This document shows, in pieces, positions 29,293-38,931 of a stretch of DNA of 64,000 nucleotides. The notes beneath the pieces were generated by a model. That model was not told where the DNA came from. It saw only the letters and a program-made list of their open reading frames with translations, and searched no databases. The position numbers were made by a program, and so were the translations under genes. Position 1 is the first letter of the stretch, and each line of letters opens with the position of its first letter. Origin of the DNA: a virus. Taxonomy: Duplodnaviria; Caudoviricetes. Location of the stretch: the IMG/VR virus record IMGVR_UViG_3300042479_000799, positions 1 to 64,000 of that record. The stretch is one strand, 5' to 3'.

Positions 29293-29603
29293 AAAAAATT
29301 GTAGTAACCAGCCTAAATTGGAAAGAAATAGTTGAAGTAGACGATTCAATATTTGACGATTATAAAGTAGAAGCCTGTACACAAGCAATGGAAAGAGCAA
29401 TTAATAATGGAAATTCTACCGTTACTGCGTTATTACAATGTTGGCTTGAACCAAAGAACAATAAGTCAAAGAAAACAGTATCAGTATACAATACATATAA
29501 GATATTGATTAACGCAGGATTTCATAGTAAAGCAGAAATCTTAAGATCTGTATTTTTATCAAGAACTAAAGTAGATTTGGCAGATGAGCCAATTAAAGGT
29601 TAA
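29289..29603 (+). CDS. hypothetical protein
   Basis: 104 aa with ATGA overlap. Confidence 0.55.
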   Translation: MKKIVVTSLNWKEIVEVDDSIFDDYKVEACTQAMERAINNGNSTVTALLQCWLEPKNNKSKKTVSVYNTYKILINAGFHSKAEILRSVFLSRTKVDLADEPIKG

Positions 29604-29605
29604 TT

Positions 29606-30379
29606 ATGAACAATACCCCAGATATAAATGTTATCTTGGCCCAAATGGCTGAAATGCAAAAACAGTTAAATGATTTACAATCTCTTAAGAAAGATGTTAA
29701 AGAAATAAAAGAAATTAGTAGTATTGGTGAAGATGTTGCTAAAGAGGTTGCGGATGAAGTAAATCAATTAAAAGAAAATGGTGTTAGTATTCCACATTTG
29801 GAAAAACAAGCACAATCGGTATTGTTTCCAAAAAGAACTGAAAAGGTTGGAATTGCAAGAATTTTGTTAGAATCTGAAATTAGGGAAGCAAGAGAAACTA
29901 GTAGAAGTGCAAAAGAATGTTCTAAAAAATTAGGAGTAAGTTATACAACATATAAAAAATATGCTAAAATGTATGGTGTTCATGTTATTTGTGATCCTAC
30001 TGTAAGAAAGACTAAAGATTTAAATAGTACAATTGATCCGAATAAAGGAAGATACCCATTAAGTAAGATATTGTCTGGTAAATGTCCTAATTTCCCTATT
30101 CATAGATTAAAAGATAAATTGATTAGGTCAGGCACAAAAAAAGCTGAATGTGAACAATGTGGATTTCACGAACGAAGAATTACTGACGGTAAGATTCCAT
30201 TGTTGTTAAACTTTGAAGATGGTAATAAAACAAATCATAATATAGAAAACTTAAAGATTCTGTGTTACAACTGTACATTTTGTAGTGGTAGGGGATATAT
30301 TAGACGTGGTACCATACATTTTAATATGGATCCTGATGTAATTCAAGGCGCAAAAAAACCAATAAGAGCTAGATTTTAA
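29606..30379 (+). CDS. coiled-coil/HTH protein with degenerate HNH zinc-finger domain
   Basis: SAKECSKKLGVSYTTYKKY (HTH-like); CEQCG...PLLLNFEDGN.TNHNIENL.ILCYNC lacks the catalytic His. Confidence 0.65.
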   Translation: MNNTPDINVILAQMAEMQKQLNDLQSLKKDVKEIKEISSIGEDVAKEVADEVNQLKENGVSIPHLEKQAQSVLFPKRTEKVGIARILLESEIREARETSRSAKECSKKLGVSYTTYKKYAKMYGVHVICDPTVRKTKDLNSTIDPNKGRYPLSKILSGKCPNFPIHRLKDKLIRSGTKKAECEQCGFHERRITDGKIPLLLNFEDGNKTNHNIENLKILCYNCTFCSGRGYIRRGTIHFNMDPDVIQGAKKPIRARF

Positions 30380-30416
30380 AATAAAGTTATTATATCTAAC
30401 ACGATATTTATACTTT

Positions 30417-30941
30417 ATGAAAACATTTAATCATTTAATTGCTAAACACGGTGTATTAATATCTTTTAGTATTGCGAAAAAGTTAAATAGTGATAATATT
30501 AAAGCAATTACTGATGAAATTAACAAATTGGGTGGAGACAAGAAAACACGGAGTCAATTATTAGAAGAAGAAATCAAAAGAAATACTATGGATTCGTTGA
30601 AATTGACAGATGTACCTGGATTAATAATGACTAAAAGTGAAATCATCAGAGAAAAATTCATAGAAAATAGTTTTATGAAAGATGATAAAACGGTAATTTC
30701 ATTGATGATACTCGCAAATTTATTATCTAAGAAAATATTAGATAAAAAAGCACCAAAAGAACAAATGTGCTTCATTTTAATTTCTTTGATCAATTCGTTG
30801 GGATTGTCAGATACAGATTTCAAAAATTTTCATCAAAAACATAATCCAAATTTTATGGGTGATGACAATGATGATGATTTTGACGACTTCGATGATGACG
30901 AAGAAGATATGGAAGACGATGACGAAGATGGGGAATTTTAA
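30417..30941 (+). CDS. hypothetical protein with highly acidic C-terminus
   Basis: C-terminal DDNDDDFDDFDDDEEDMEDDDEDGEF; late-type box 4 nt upstream. Confidence 0.6.
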   Translation: MKTFNHLIAKHGVLISFSIAKKLNSDNIKAITDEINKLGGDKKTRSQLLEEEIKRNTMDSLKLTDVPGLIMTKSEIIREKFIENSFMKDDKTVISLMILANLLSKKILDKKAPKEQMCFILISLINSLGLSDTDFKNFHQKHNPNFMGDDNDDDFDDFDDDEEDMEDDDEDGEF

Positions 30942-31336
30942 TAAAAATATACTTTTAATTTATCGTATCCATCTACTATAGTTAGTCCTTTATAGTGCCA
31001 TTTTTCTTTCTTGGATTTTTCTATTAATTCGGAATAACTAGTGTCATCTTTATTGATTTCTAAAACCGTACCAGAAACATCATTCTTTTGTATTTCTTTT
31101 TCTTTTGTTGTTGATATTAAATTTTGAATTAAGTTCTTAAACTTTTCACTTTTATTTATAAAAGCCAATATTTTATTCATAGCCATATCAACATTTTCTT
31201 TGGATACATTTTGTTTGATAGTTACACATGGTGAATATAAACCTGGGAAGTCTTTTACTATATTAACAAAATTATCTTTGTCATTTAATATATCCAATAT
31301 AATTTCTTTTGTAACCATATATTCATATATATACAT
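30938..31336 (-). CDS. hypothetical protein
   Basis: 132-aa ORF. Confidence 0.5.
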   Translation of the reverse strand: MYIYEYMVTKEIILDILNDKDNFVNIVKDFPGLYSPCVTIKQNVSKENVDMAMNKILAFINKSEKFKNLIQNLISTTKEKEIQKNDVSGTVLEINKDDTSYSELIEKSKKEKWHYKGLTIVDGYDKLKVYFY

Positions 31337-31362
31337 ATACTAACAATTATGTTATTTTTAAT

Positions 31363-32499
31363 ATGGTTTTTACTACAAAAGAAAATGAGGGTTCTATGGA
31401 TATATTAAACATTAATGACGCTAAGGTTTTAATTGGTACTAATAAAGTTGTATTTGTTACCGGTGTTACAGGTCAAGATGGTAGTCACATGGTTGATCAT
31501 CTTATCAAAACTACTGATTATTTAATTTTTGGTGGTGTCAGAAGATTGAGTATTAAAAATCATGAAAATATTGAACATTTGGATAATAATTCCAGATTTC
31601 ATTTGGTAAATTTTGATTTAAGTGACGCTCATAGTATCAATAAAATTGTAGAATCATTGAAGCCAGATTATTTCATTAATTTAGCTGCACAAACATTCGT
31701 AGGTTCATCATGGGATTTTCCCACACAAACTTGGGAATGTAATACTACAGGTGTGATTCATATTCTAGAAGCAATTAGACAACACAAACCATCTTGTAGA
31801 TTTTACAATGCAGGTAGCAGTGAAGAATTCGGTGATGTCGCATACATTCCACAAGATGAAAATCATCCCGCTAAACCTCGTAGTCCATATGGTGCTAGTA
31901 AATCTGCAGCTAGACAATTAGTAAAAGTATACAGAGAATCTTATCGTTTATATGCAATTCAAGGTTTATTATTCAATCATGAAGGTACTCGTAGAGGTGA
32001 AGAATTTGTAACTCGTAAAATTACAAAGGGTGTAGCTAGAATTAAGAAAGCTATAATTGAAGGTAAAAGTTTTGTACCAATTGAATTGGGTAATGTAAAA
32101 GCCAAAAGAGATTGGAGTGACGCAGAAGATTTCGTTAAAGGTATTTGGTTGATGTTAAACCAAAAAGCTCCAAATGAATATGTACTTTCCAGCAATGAAA
32201 CACATACCATTGCAGAATTTGTATGGTATGCTTTTAAATCTGCAGGTATTGAAGGTGCATGGCATGGACAATCCGAATCTTCAGAATTTAGTATTAGTAC
32301 AAAAGATGCAATCAAATATGATCCAGTAGTTTCTGTCTTGGTTAAAATCAATCCTAAGTTCTACAGACCTGCTGAAGTAGACTTATTACTAGGTGATAGC
32401 ACCAAAGCCAGAAAAGAATTGGGATGGAAACCAGAAACTTCATTTGAACAACTGGTTGATAAGATGGTTAAAAATGACTTAAAACAAATTGGACTATGA
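31363..32499 (+). CDS. gmd: GDP-mannose 4,6-dehydratase
   Basis: TGVTGQDGS, NLAAQTFV, SSEEFG, PRSPYGASK, LFNHE, FVTRKI, RDWSDA, YRPAEVD.L.GD. Alternative start at 31396. Confidence 0.95.
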   Translation: MVFTTKENEGSMDILNINDAKVLIGTNKVVFVTGVTGQDGSHMVDHLIKTTDYLIFGGVRRLSIKNHENIEHLDNNSRFHLVNFDLSDAHSINKIVESLKPDYFINLAAQTFVGSSWDFPTQTWECNTTGVIHILEAIRQHKPSCRFYNAGSSEEFGDVAYIPQDENHPAKPRSPYGASKSAARQLVKVYRESYRLYAIQGLLFNHEGTRRGEEFVTRKITKGVARIKKAIIEGKSFVPIELGNVKAKRDWSDAEDFVKGIWLMLNQKAPNEYVLSSNETHTIAEFVWYAFKSAGIEGAWHGQSESSEFSISTKDAIKYDPVVSVLVKINPKFYRPAEVDLLLGDSTKARKELGWKPETSFEQLVDKMVKNDLKQIGL

Positions 32500-32897
32500 G
32501 TGACTCTTATACATTATATAATGAAACGGTAATGGATCATTTTATGAATCCAAGAAATATGGGTGATATAAAAGATGCAGATGCTATTGGTGAAGTAGGC
32601 GCCGCCGCATGTGGTGATATCATGAAAATCACTCTTAAAATTGATGATGTTACACAAACAGTAACTGATGCGAGATTTAAGACATTTGGGTGTGGTAGTG
32701 CAATAGCTGCTTCATCTATGGCTACAGAACTAATAAAAGGCAGAACTATAGAAGAACTTCAGAAAAATTTTAACAATGATGATATTGTTACTGCGTTGGG
32801 CGGCCTCCCCCCAGTGAAAATTCATTGTAGCGTTTTGGCCACCGAGGCACTTAATGCTGCATTGGAAGATTACAAAAAGAAAAAGAAAATTAAATAA
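32496..32897 (+). CDS. iscU: IscU/NifU Fe-S cluster scaffold
   Basis: DHFMNPRNMG, ACGDIM, FKTFGCGSAIA, LPPVKIHCSVLA; all three Cys present. Confidence 0.95.
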   Translation: MSDSYTLYNETVMDHFMNPRNMGDIKDADAIGEVGAAACGDIMKITLKIDDVTQTVTDARFKTFGCGSAIAASSMATELIKGRTIEELQKNFNNDDIVTALGGLPPVKIHCSVLATEALNAALEDYKKKKKIK

Positions 32898-33066
32898 ATC
32901 TACTGTTCATAAATTGGATTAGATTGTTATAATACTTTTCTAATCCTTTTTTTGTAACTCTTTTTTTTGCGCTATTGATTTTATATGCGTTGATCATGTC
33001 ACTTGTAACTTCCAAGTCACTTTCTTCATTCAACAGTCGAATTTTATCAATTTTATTTTTACGCAT
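32890..33066 (-). CDS. small hypothetical protein (58 aa)
   Basis: Read by hand: MRKIKIDKIRLLNEESDLEVT...FMNSRFI*; fills the intergenic gap. Confidence 0.5.
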   Translation of the reverse strand: MRKNKIDKIRLLNEESDLEVTSDMINAYKINSAKKRVTKKGLEKYYNNLIQFMNSRFI

Positions 33067-33068
33067 AA

Positions 33069-33105
33069 AAAACTTCTGATGAATAACTATAACATCAGAA
33101 GTTTT
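33069..33105 (-). terminator. 13-bp inverted repeat, probable terminator after the HNH gene
   Basis: AAAACTTCTGATG-11nt-CATCAGAAGTTTT. Confidence 0.55.
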
Positions 33106-33121
33106 CGTTATAACTTTTTTA

Positions 33122-33763
33122 TTAAATAGTCAAAAAATGTTTCCAAGTGTGATGTTTTGCTTCTCTAATAAAAGCAGAAATTGGCATTGGATTTGGTTCA
33201 ATAGGATCTTTTCTTAATTTGATTCCAATTTCACTGTTAAGTTTATTACCTTTTTTACTATTCAATTCTTTTTCACATACAACCATATTAGTCCAAGTGT
33301 CACCTCCACCTTTACTACGAGGAATAACATGATCAATAGTAGATTGATCCTTTGATAACTTCTTACCAGTATATTGACAAATACCTTGATCTCTATTCCA
33401 AATACCATCTTTGCTAGGTTTTCCTTTAAATGTCTTAATAGGCATCTTATTGAAATTTGTAGCAATGATGACGGTTGGAACCCTAATGCTTCTGGTAGGA
33501 CTATTTATGAACAAATCCCACGGTCTAATAGACAACAACATCCATTCATCCCATGAAACTGGATTCATACTCTTTGCTTCATCAAAGATTGGTTGTCCAT
33601 TATCATCCAATTCATATTCAATATCCAATGCTAATGTAGATGGTTTACCATAAGATTCAGAACCACAAAGATCCACAATAGCATCTTTGACGGTTTTAAA
33701 TCCAACTGGCTGCCAGTTAGCATTAAGATTCAAACATATAAGTTTATTTGCAACATTATTCAT
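33122..33763 (-). CDS. HNH endonuclease (McrA-like)
   Basis: RDQGICQY.G, TIDHVIPRSKGG.DTW.N.V.C; preceded by a TTGACC-16-TATACT promoter (33783-33810). Confidence 0.9.
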   Translation of the reverse strand: MNNVANKLICLNLNANWQPVGFKTVKDAIVDLCGSESYGKPSTLALDIEYELDDNGQPIFDEAKSMNPVSWDEWMLLSIRPWDLFINSPTRSIRVPTVIIATNFNKMPIKTFKGKPSKDGIWNRDQGICQYTGKKLSKDQSTIDHVIPRSKGGGDTWTNMVVCEKELNSKKGNKLNSEIGIKLRKDPIEPNPMPISAFIREAKHHTWKHFLTI

Positions 33764-33790
33764 AACTCACCTTGTAAAAATAAGTATAGT

Positions 33791-34144
33791 TTACTTTTTA
33801 TAAAGGTCAAGAGAAATTTTTTCTTTTGGTTGTAGACTTTCATCTAACCTATCAATAACCATCTGTAAACTGCCAATTTCAAACCATTCATTTTTTTTAC
33901 TTTTGGCAAAATGCTTCATTTGTTCGTGTATATCTTTTTCCGCACTATAACAGTCTGGATGTTCTATATAATACTCTATTTTGTAATTTCTTAATGGACT
34001 GCTTGTTTGATATGTACGCAGTCTTGATTTAATGTCTTCAGTTACCCCTATCTTATAATAAGATGGAAAGTTACTGTTACTAATTACATAAATATAACCT
34101 GATTTTTGTCTTTTTTCACCCATTTGTCCAATAAATATAGACAA
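33791..34144 (-). CDS. GIY-YIG (T5orf172-like) protein
   Basis: GYIYVI...YYKIGVT...RLRTYQT...EWF; likely start 34123. Confidence 0.8.
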   Translation of the reverse strand: MSIFIGQMGEKRQKSGYIYVISNSNFPSYYKIGVTEDIKSRLRTYQTSSPLRNYKIEYYIEHPDCYSAEKDIHEQMKHFAKSKKNEWFEIGSLQMVIDRLDESLQPKEKISLDLYKK

Positions 34145-34191
34145 ATTTTAATTTTCTTTTTATTTATTTTAAGTGGTACCCCCATCACCCT

Positions 34192-34386
34192 TTATTTTTC
34201 ATCCACATACACATATTCATCACTGAACATACTATATAAATAATCATGATGTTTATCGTCTAATAAATATTCATTAATATCAATAATACGACGGTCATCA
34301 TCACAATGACACTGCATATGAATTTTATCACGTTTTATCTTTGTCGCTGTATTACAGTAATTGCAGGATATAATTATATCTTCCAT
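34192..34386 (-). CDS. small Cys-rich hypothetical protein
   Basis: CNYC and CHC motifs. Confidence 0.5.
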   Translation of the reverse strand: MEDIIISCNYCNTATKIKRDKIHMQCHCDDDRRIIDINEYLLDDKHHDYLYSMFSDEYVYVDEK

Positions 34387-34412
34387 ACTACATAAAATAT
34401 CACACTAAATGC

Positions 34413-34447
34413 AAAAGAAAAGGGGTGTAACTTAATTGTTACACCCC
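34413..34447 (-). terminator. rho-independent terminator
   Basis: GGGGTGTAAC-6nt-GTTACACCCC followed by TTTTCTTTT on the minus strand. Confidence 0.8.
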
Positions 34448-34468
34448 ACACAATATTGTAACACTAGG

Positions 34469-35248
34469 TTACAGATCACTATAGTTCTTCAGTTCAATCT
34501 TACCATTCGTGATAGTAATATACTGACTAAGATTACAATCAATACAAATGTTGTTCGCATCAACAATACTAGCAAATCCTTCTCTGTGATATTGTGCAGC
34601 TTTACCTGTTTCCCATTGATTAGTATGTCCAACAATTTGTCTCAAATCATCAATAGGTTGAAACTCATGATCAAAATCACACCATACAATACCACCTGCC
34701 TTCAAGTTACCGCCACGAGCATGACCAACACCATAAAACCAATGTAAGTCATTAATCTTTAATTTAGTTCTAGCATCATTATCGTTTTCATCCAGATACT
34801 TGAAGATAACTTCATTTGTGGCACAAATTGGAGGTAAAAATCGTTTATCCAAACCAGCGTGGGTTAATAGAATATCATCTACAACAATAGACCAGTAGAA
34901 CTTATCTTGTATATCTCCTCGGACTTTACCAATGACTTTATCTATAGAATCATACTTCCATTGTTCATAACCACTACACCAAGATGTAGGAGCATTAAAC
35001 AGATAATGTAGATCATGATTGCCAAATAGAGTATAGTTCTTTGGATTGGGAAGAAATACATCCTTTAGATATTTGGCTGTAGCAATATAATTTGAAGTAT
35101 CATCAAGTGTGAAACTATCAAACCAGTCACCCAAACAAATATTGATATCACCATCTTCTTTTTTGAAGATACGGTCTATCTTTTCATAATTGTTGTGAGG
35201 ATCAGCCGCAATTACAATCTTTTGTTTATTGGAACTTAACTTTAACAT
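34469..35248 (-). CDS. calcineurin-like metallophosphoesterase
   Basis: DPHN, LGDWFD, GNHD, LTHAG, QIVGHT; promoter TTGACT-17-TATACT at 35255-35283. Confidence 0.9.
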   Translation of the reverse strand: MLKLSSNKQKIVIAADPHNNYEKIDRIFKKEDGDINICLGDWFDSFTLDDTSNYIATAKYLKDVFLPNPKNYTLFGNHDLHYLFNAPTSWCSGYEQWKYDSIDKVIGKVRGDIQDKFYWSIVVDDILLTHAGLDKRFLPPICATNEVIFKYLDENDNDARTKLKINDLHWFYGVGHARGGNLKAGGIVWCDFDHEFQPIDDLRQIVGHTNQWETGKAAQYHREGFASIVDANNICIDCNLSQYITITNGKIELKNYSDL

Positions 35249-35272
35249 ACCTAAAGTATAACACGGTTTATT

Positions 35273-35518
35273 TCAGAAGTCAATCGATTTTGTTTTAACT
35301 TTTGTTAAAATCCACTTGATCATTTCTTTTTTTGTAGATGGAACACCGTATTTTTTAATATTAAAGTATTCCATCTCCAATTCGTATAGTCGTTGAGTAG
35401 TGTCCATTTTTTCAAACCATTTTGAATCTGCTGGAGAATCGTCTGTATATTTTTCCAACATTTCTAAACATTCTATTAGAAATTCACATTCAATTTTGGT
35501 AAGAATTATTTTTTTCAC
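35273..35518 (-). CDS. hypothetical protein
   Basis: 81 aa, GTG start. Confidence 0.5.
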   Translation of the reverse strand: MKKIILTKIECEFLIECLEMLEKYTDDSPADSKWFEKMDTTQRLYELEMEYFNIKKYGVPSTKKEMIKWILTKVKTKSIDF

Positions 35519-35643
35519 TTTTCAGTGGATTTGGACTTCTTTTTATCTCCCCAATTGATTTTATCGTAATTGGAATTATAGATTTTCTTGTTCACCTGTC
35601 TGGGTTTGTCCCCCTTGCCATTCTGATGTGATTGATTGCTCAT
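35515..35643 (-). CDS. small basic protein (42 aa)
   Basis: Read by hand: MSNQSHQNGKGDKPRQVNKKIYNSNYDKINWGDKKKSKSTEK*. The GKGDKPR...YD.I.W pattern is familiar from small phage proteins. It overlaps the 3' end of the upstream ORF. Confidence 0.55.
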   Translation of the reverse strand: MSNQSHQNGKGDKPRQVNKKIYNSNYDKINWGDKKKSKSTEK

Positions 35644-35968
35644 AAAAATGTTGATATCCTTTTTCTACAGTGTTAAAAAATTCTCCTTTATTAAACAAAT
35701 CTTCTGATAAAATTGTATCACTCTTCATAAAATATGAATTTTGATGTGTAATCCAAAATCCTTCTTTAGAGTCATCCTTTTCATATCCGATGAATACAAC
35801 ATTAAACAATTGTTCATCAATATAGGGGCTCAATTCAGGATGTCCTTCTGGAATTGAAAATATATCATTTTCCATCCATTTATCATTTTCACGAATACAC
35901 ATGCATAATTGAATTTCTTGAGATTCTCCAATTTTAGCTTTAAATGCAAATGCGTTTGGTTTTTCCAT
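35576..35968 (-). CDS. hypothetical protein
   Basis: Start moved to the ATG at 35968, just after the stop of the upstream small ORF. Confidence 0.5.
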   Translation of the reverse strand: MEKPNAFAFKAKIGESQEIQLCMCIRENDKWMENDIFSIPEGHPELSPYIDEQLFNVVFIGYEKDDSKEGFWITHQNSYFMKSDTILSEDLFNKGEFFNTVEKGYQHFYEQSITSEWQGGQTQTGEQENL

Positions 35969-35969
35969 A

Positions 35970-36149
35970 TTATTCTTCATATTTTTCAATACATTTGCCA
36001 CAAAGTTGACCGGCACCTTCTATATAATTAACTCTAAAGTCAATGTGTTTATCTTTGGGTTCATTTGTTTCTATTCCACAGACAATACATTCATCCATTT
36101 GAATCACTTTAAAGTCACCGTTTTTTAAATTTTCAATATTATTATTCAT
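35970..36149 (-). CDS. small zinc-ribbon protein (59 aa)
   Basis: Read by hand: ...CIVCG...HIDFR.NYIEGAGQLCGKC. Confidence 0.6.
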   Translation of the reverse strand: MNNNIENLKNGDFKVIQMDECIVCGIETNEPKDKHIDFRVNYIEGAGQLCGKCIEKYEE

Positions 36150-36153
36150 AATG

Positions 36154-36495
36154 TTATTTCCACAAAACTTGTAATGTTACGATTAACCCACACAATCCGA
36201 TTAAAGTCAATGTTTTAATACTTAACCGTTCATTAAAATAAATAGTGGTTAATATGGTGAACATAACAATTCCGATGCTGAATGTAAAAATTCTATTGGG
36301 CCACATTTTACCCTCAAAATATTCCGTCAATATCTTTGTTGCATAAATTGATAACAATGTATTAGGTACACTCAACCATATTAACCACATTTCATACTTC
36401 TTGTAGAAGTTGTTAATAAACTGACCATATAGCTGATGCCAGCCAATGACATATACTACTAATAGTATTGATACAGCCAAAAACAACTTTGTCAT
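36154..36495 (-). CDS. small four-TM membrane protein (SMR/DMT-like)
   Basis: Four hydrophobic segments in 113 aa; YFNE.L...L.G in the last hairpin. Confidence 0.55.
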   Translation of the reverse strand: MTKLFLAVSILLVVYVIGWHQLYGQFINNFYKKYEMWLIWLSVPNTLLSIYATKILTEYFEGKMWPNRIFTFSIGIVMFTILTTIYFNERLSIKTLTLIGLCGLIVTLQVLWK

Positions 36496-36686
36496 TTTGC
36501 CCTCAAAATTGTATTAAATTTATTAACAACTTCTTTACAAACACGACTGCCTTTGCTTAACTCAGCATAAGTGTTGTCATATACATTAACTAAGTCACCC
36601 TCTTCAATTTTAGAACCCTCTTTTAATTTAATATACTTTTTAAGTTCAGATTCTTTTACTTCCACTATGTTATCAGCGCTCTTCAT
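36492..36686 (-). CDS. hypothetical protein
   Basis: 64 aa with ATGA overlaps. Confidence 0.5.
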   Translation of the reverse strand: MKSADNIVEVKESELKKYIKLKEGSKIEEGDLVNVYDNTYAELSKGSRVCKEVVNKFNTILRAK

Positions 36687-37063
36687 ACAGTTTTGTTATA
36701 GGACTCTATATAAGATTCTATGTTGGATTTTCCGATAGGATTCATACTATGAACTACATATGGAGGATGTTTAATTCCTTTATTCATACAATAATCCACA
36801 AGCCATTTTGCACAATCATAACCAGTTTTCTCTTGATATTTATCATAATCAATGCCTCTGTCGTTTAGTCCATCACCATAATGGCAGTCTGATAGATCGT
36901 GATCATAACAAACAAACTTAGGAAGTCCACGAAGTGTAATTAAATCAACAAACTCTTGATAGTTTCTTACAAGTGAATAGTGTTGATCTTTTGGGATATC
37001 AACCCAAGTGACATTCGTTGGAACACGGATGTCATCCAAAAATAAATTATAGTTGGTTATCAT
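36683..37063 (-). CDS. cyclic-phosphate-processing receiver-like domain protein
   Basis: LFLDD.R.P, YDHDL, KTGYDCAKWL, HS.NP.G. Confidence 0.8.
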   Translation of the reverse strand: MITNYNLFLDDIRVPTNVTWVDIPKDQHYSLVRNYQEFVDLITLRGLPKFVCYDHDLSDCHYGDGLNDRGIDYDKYQEKTGYDCAKWLVDYCMNKGIKHPPYVVHSMNPIGKSNIESYIESYNKTV

Positions 37064-37253
37064 ATTTTTTAAGTGATTCTTTTAAATTTTTTAAACTTGT
37101 TTCTGTACAAGTCCAGATTACATCTGCTTTGTGTTTTTTACGATACTTATTTGCTTCAGTTAGTGATGCGTCTTCACTGAGACATTCTCCTAAAGAATCA
37201 ACACATAAGTTGTCATTTTTATCTAAAATTAGAACGTAGTAATTTGTTTTCAT
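37047..37253 (-). CDS. hypothetical protein
   Basis: 68 aa in operon context. Confidence 0.45.
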   Translation of the reverse strand: MKTNYYVLILDKNDNLCVDSLGECLSEDASLTEANKYRKKHKADVIWTCTETSLKNLKESLKKYDNQL

Positions 37254-37456
37254 TATTTAACCTTCCGTTCCAAGTATACCACAAACTTTTTCATTGGTCT
37301 ACCACTTTCAAAGGTATCACCGATAAATTCTGCTTTGGTGACACGATATCCTTTTGTTCCATAATCATTCATTACATTTTCAAGTTCAGCATAATCAATG
37401 ACTGTATGTATTTTTATAGTATATTTGTATTTCATTGTCGTGGAACTACCAAACAA
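37253..37456 (-). CDS. hypothetical protein (DUF4177-like)
   Basis: KYKY...ELE.VMN.YG.KGY.V; likely start 37435. Confidence 0.45.
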   Translation of the reverse strand: MFGSSTTMKYKYTIKIHTVIDYAELENVMNDYGTKGYRVTKAEFIGDTFESGRPMKKFVVYLERKVK

Positions 37457-37575
37457 CTTAAGTTTGGCATTGTATAACCTTGTTTAATTAGCTCACGGGT
37501 ATCTTTGACGATTTTATCAAAGTAAGCCAACTTCATCTTGATTTCTTCTTGTTCTTTCTTTGTAAGCTTCTTCAT
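37432..37575 (-). CDS. small hypothetical protein (47 aa)
   Basis: Read by hand: MKKLTKKEQEEIKMKLAYFDK...PRQ*; ATGA overlaps at both ends. Confidence 0.5.
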   Translation of the reverse strand: MKKLTKKEQEEIKMKLAYFDKIVKDTRELIKQGYTMPNLSCLVVPRQ

Positions 37576-38435
37576 ACAGCTACTTCAAACTTTACACTAG
37601 GTAGTGGTTCATAGTCAAGTAAAATCGTATCACTATATTGCCAATCATATATTGATTTAAAGTTATCAGTTTTTATGGTTGGTAATTTACCCGTTACATT
37701 TCTATTTAACAATTCTTTAATACCATCTATATGATTTAGATAAATGTGTGCGTCTGCAAAAAATCCTACTAACATACCTTCTTTTAAATTAGATTCTTTT
37801 GCCAATAGATGTAAAAGCAAACCATAAGTGTTTAAATCATTACCCAACACAAAATCTACACTTCGCATATAATAAAACAAATTAAGTTTACCATCTGTAA
37901 CATTTACTTGCCAAGCAAAATGACAAGGCGGTAAAGCCATATGTTCTAATGATAGAGGATTCCACGCACTACACAACATTCTTCTACTATTAGGATTAGA
38001 TTTAAGCGTATCAACTACATCTTTTAATTGATCTATATGTTCTCCACCCCACGGATATGTTACATCGTGAAAATCTCTCCATTGTTTTCCGTAGATTTCT
38101 CCCAAGTCATCACATTCTTCCATTTTCTTCTTAGTATCATCATCAGTACCATATGCAACTTGTTGTGGATTACACCATTGATTCCAGTAGTTACATCCTC
38201 GTTCTTTATACCATTGTTTGGATGTAATTCCCTTGATAAATCCTTCCAATTCTATTGCGGCTGATTTAAATGGAACTTTTCTAAGTGTAAGCAATGGATA
38301 TCCATCAGACATATCGTGACGGATCATTACGCCTGGAAAAGAAATTGTTCCTGTTCCAGTTCTATCTTCTTTTTTATATCCTTTTGTTAGGATTAGTTCT
38401 AAATTTTCTTGAAATGTTTTATCTAAAAATGACAT
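37572..38435 (-). CDS. thyA: thymidylate synthase family protein with an atypical specificity loop
   Basis: EDRTGTGT, PLLT.RK, YGKQWR, PNSRR, ALPPCH, MRSVD, DAHIYLNH. Confidence 0.92.
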   Translation of the reverse strand: MSFLDKTFQENLELILTKGYKKEDRTGTGTISFPGVMIRHDMSDGYPLLTLRKVPFKSAAIELEGFIKGITSKQWYKERGCNYWNQWCNPQQVAYGTDDDTKKKMEECDDLGEIYGKQWRDFHDVTYPWGGEHIDQLKDVVDTLKSNPNSRRMLCSAWNPLSLEHMALPPCHFAWQVNVTDGKLNLFYYMRSVDFVLGNDLNTYGLLLHLLAKESNLKEGMLVGFFADAHIYLNHIDGIKELLNRNVTGKLPTIKTDNFKSIYDWQYSDTILLDYEPLPSVKFEVAV

Positions 38436-38436
38436 A

Positions 38437-38931
38437 TCATTTACTATACTTCACAACTTTGTGCCCGTCAAATTCTTTTACAACTTCTTGTTGGGTAAAT
38501 AAATCCTCAAATGGTGGCATAAATGTATCACCGTCATAATTACCATTTACATGCGTTACATAAAATTCTGTAATGTATGGTAATAACTTAACATAAGTTT
38601 TAGCCCCCCCCGCAACAATTAAATATCCTTTTCTAAAACGACTATATGATTCAACATCTTCCATAGTAATCATTTGACCTGTCATAGCGTTATTGTTTAC
38701 CATATATTGATTTGTAATATAAGCATCAATAGCATCTACTGGTTTGGTTAATATTAGACATTCACGATTTTTTAGCAGTGGTAATGTATCAAATGTATTT
38801 TTTCCTACAATTAATGTTTTACCCATCGTAAACTCTTTAAAGTGTTTAAAGTCTTCCTTGATATTTGGCCATGGCAATCCACCGTTTTTGCCTATAACCC
38901 TATTTTGTGCCATTGCAATAATTGCTTTCAT
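38437..38931 (-). CDS. folA: dihydrofolate reductase
   Basis: AMAQNRVIG.NG.LPW, EDF.HF, IVGKNTF, GG, GDTF.P. Confidence 0.93.
   Translation of the reverse strand: MKAIIAMAQNRVIGKNGGLPWPNIKEDFKHFKEFTMGKTLIVGKNTFDTLPLLKNRECLILTKPVDAIDAYITNQYMVNNNAMTGQMITMEDVESYSRFRKGYLIVAGGAKTYVKLLPYITEFYVTHVNGNYDGDTFMPPFEDLFTQQEVVKEFDGHKVVKYSK

Noticed and set aside
33076-33105. CTGATGA hammerhead core
   Set aside because: No stem II followed by GAAA. The heptamer is part of a simple 13-bp inverted repeat.
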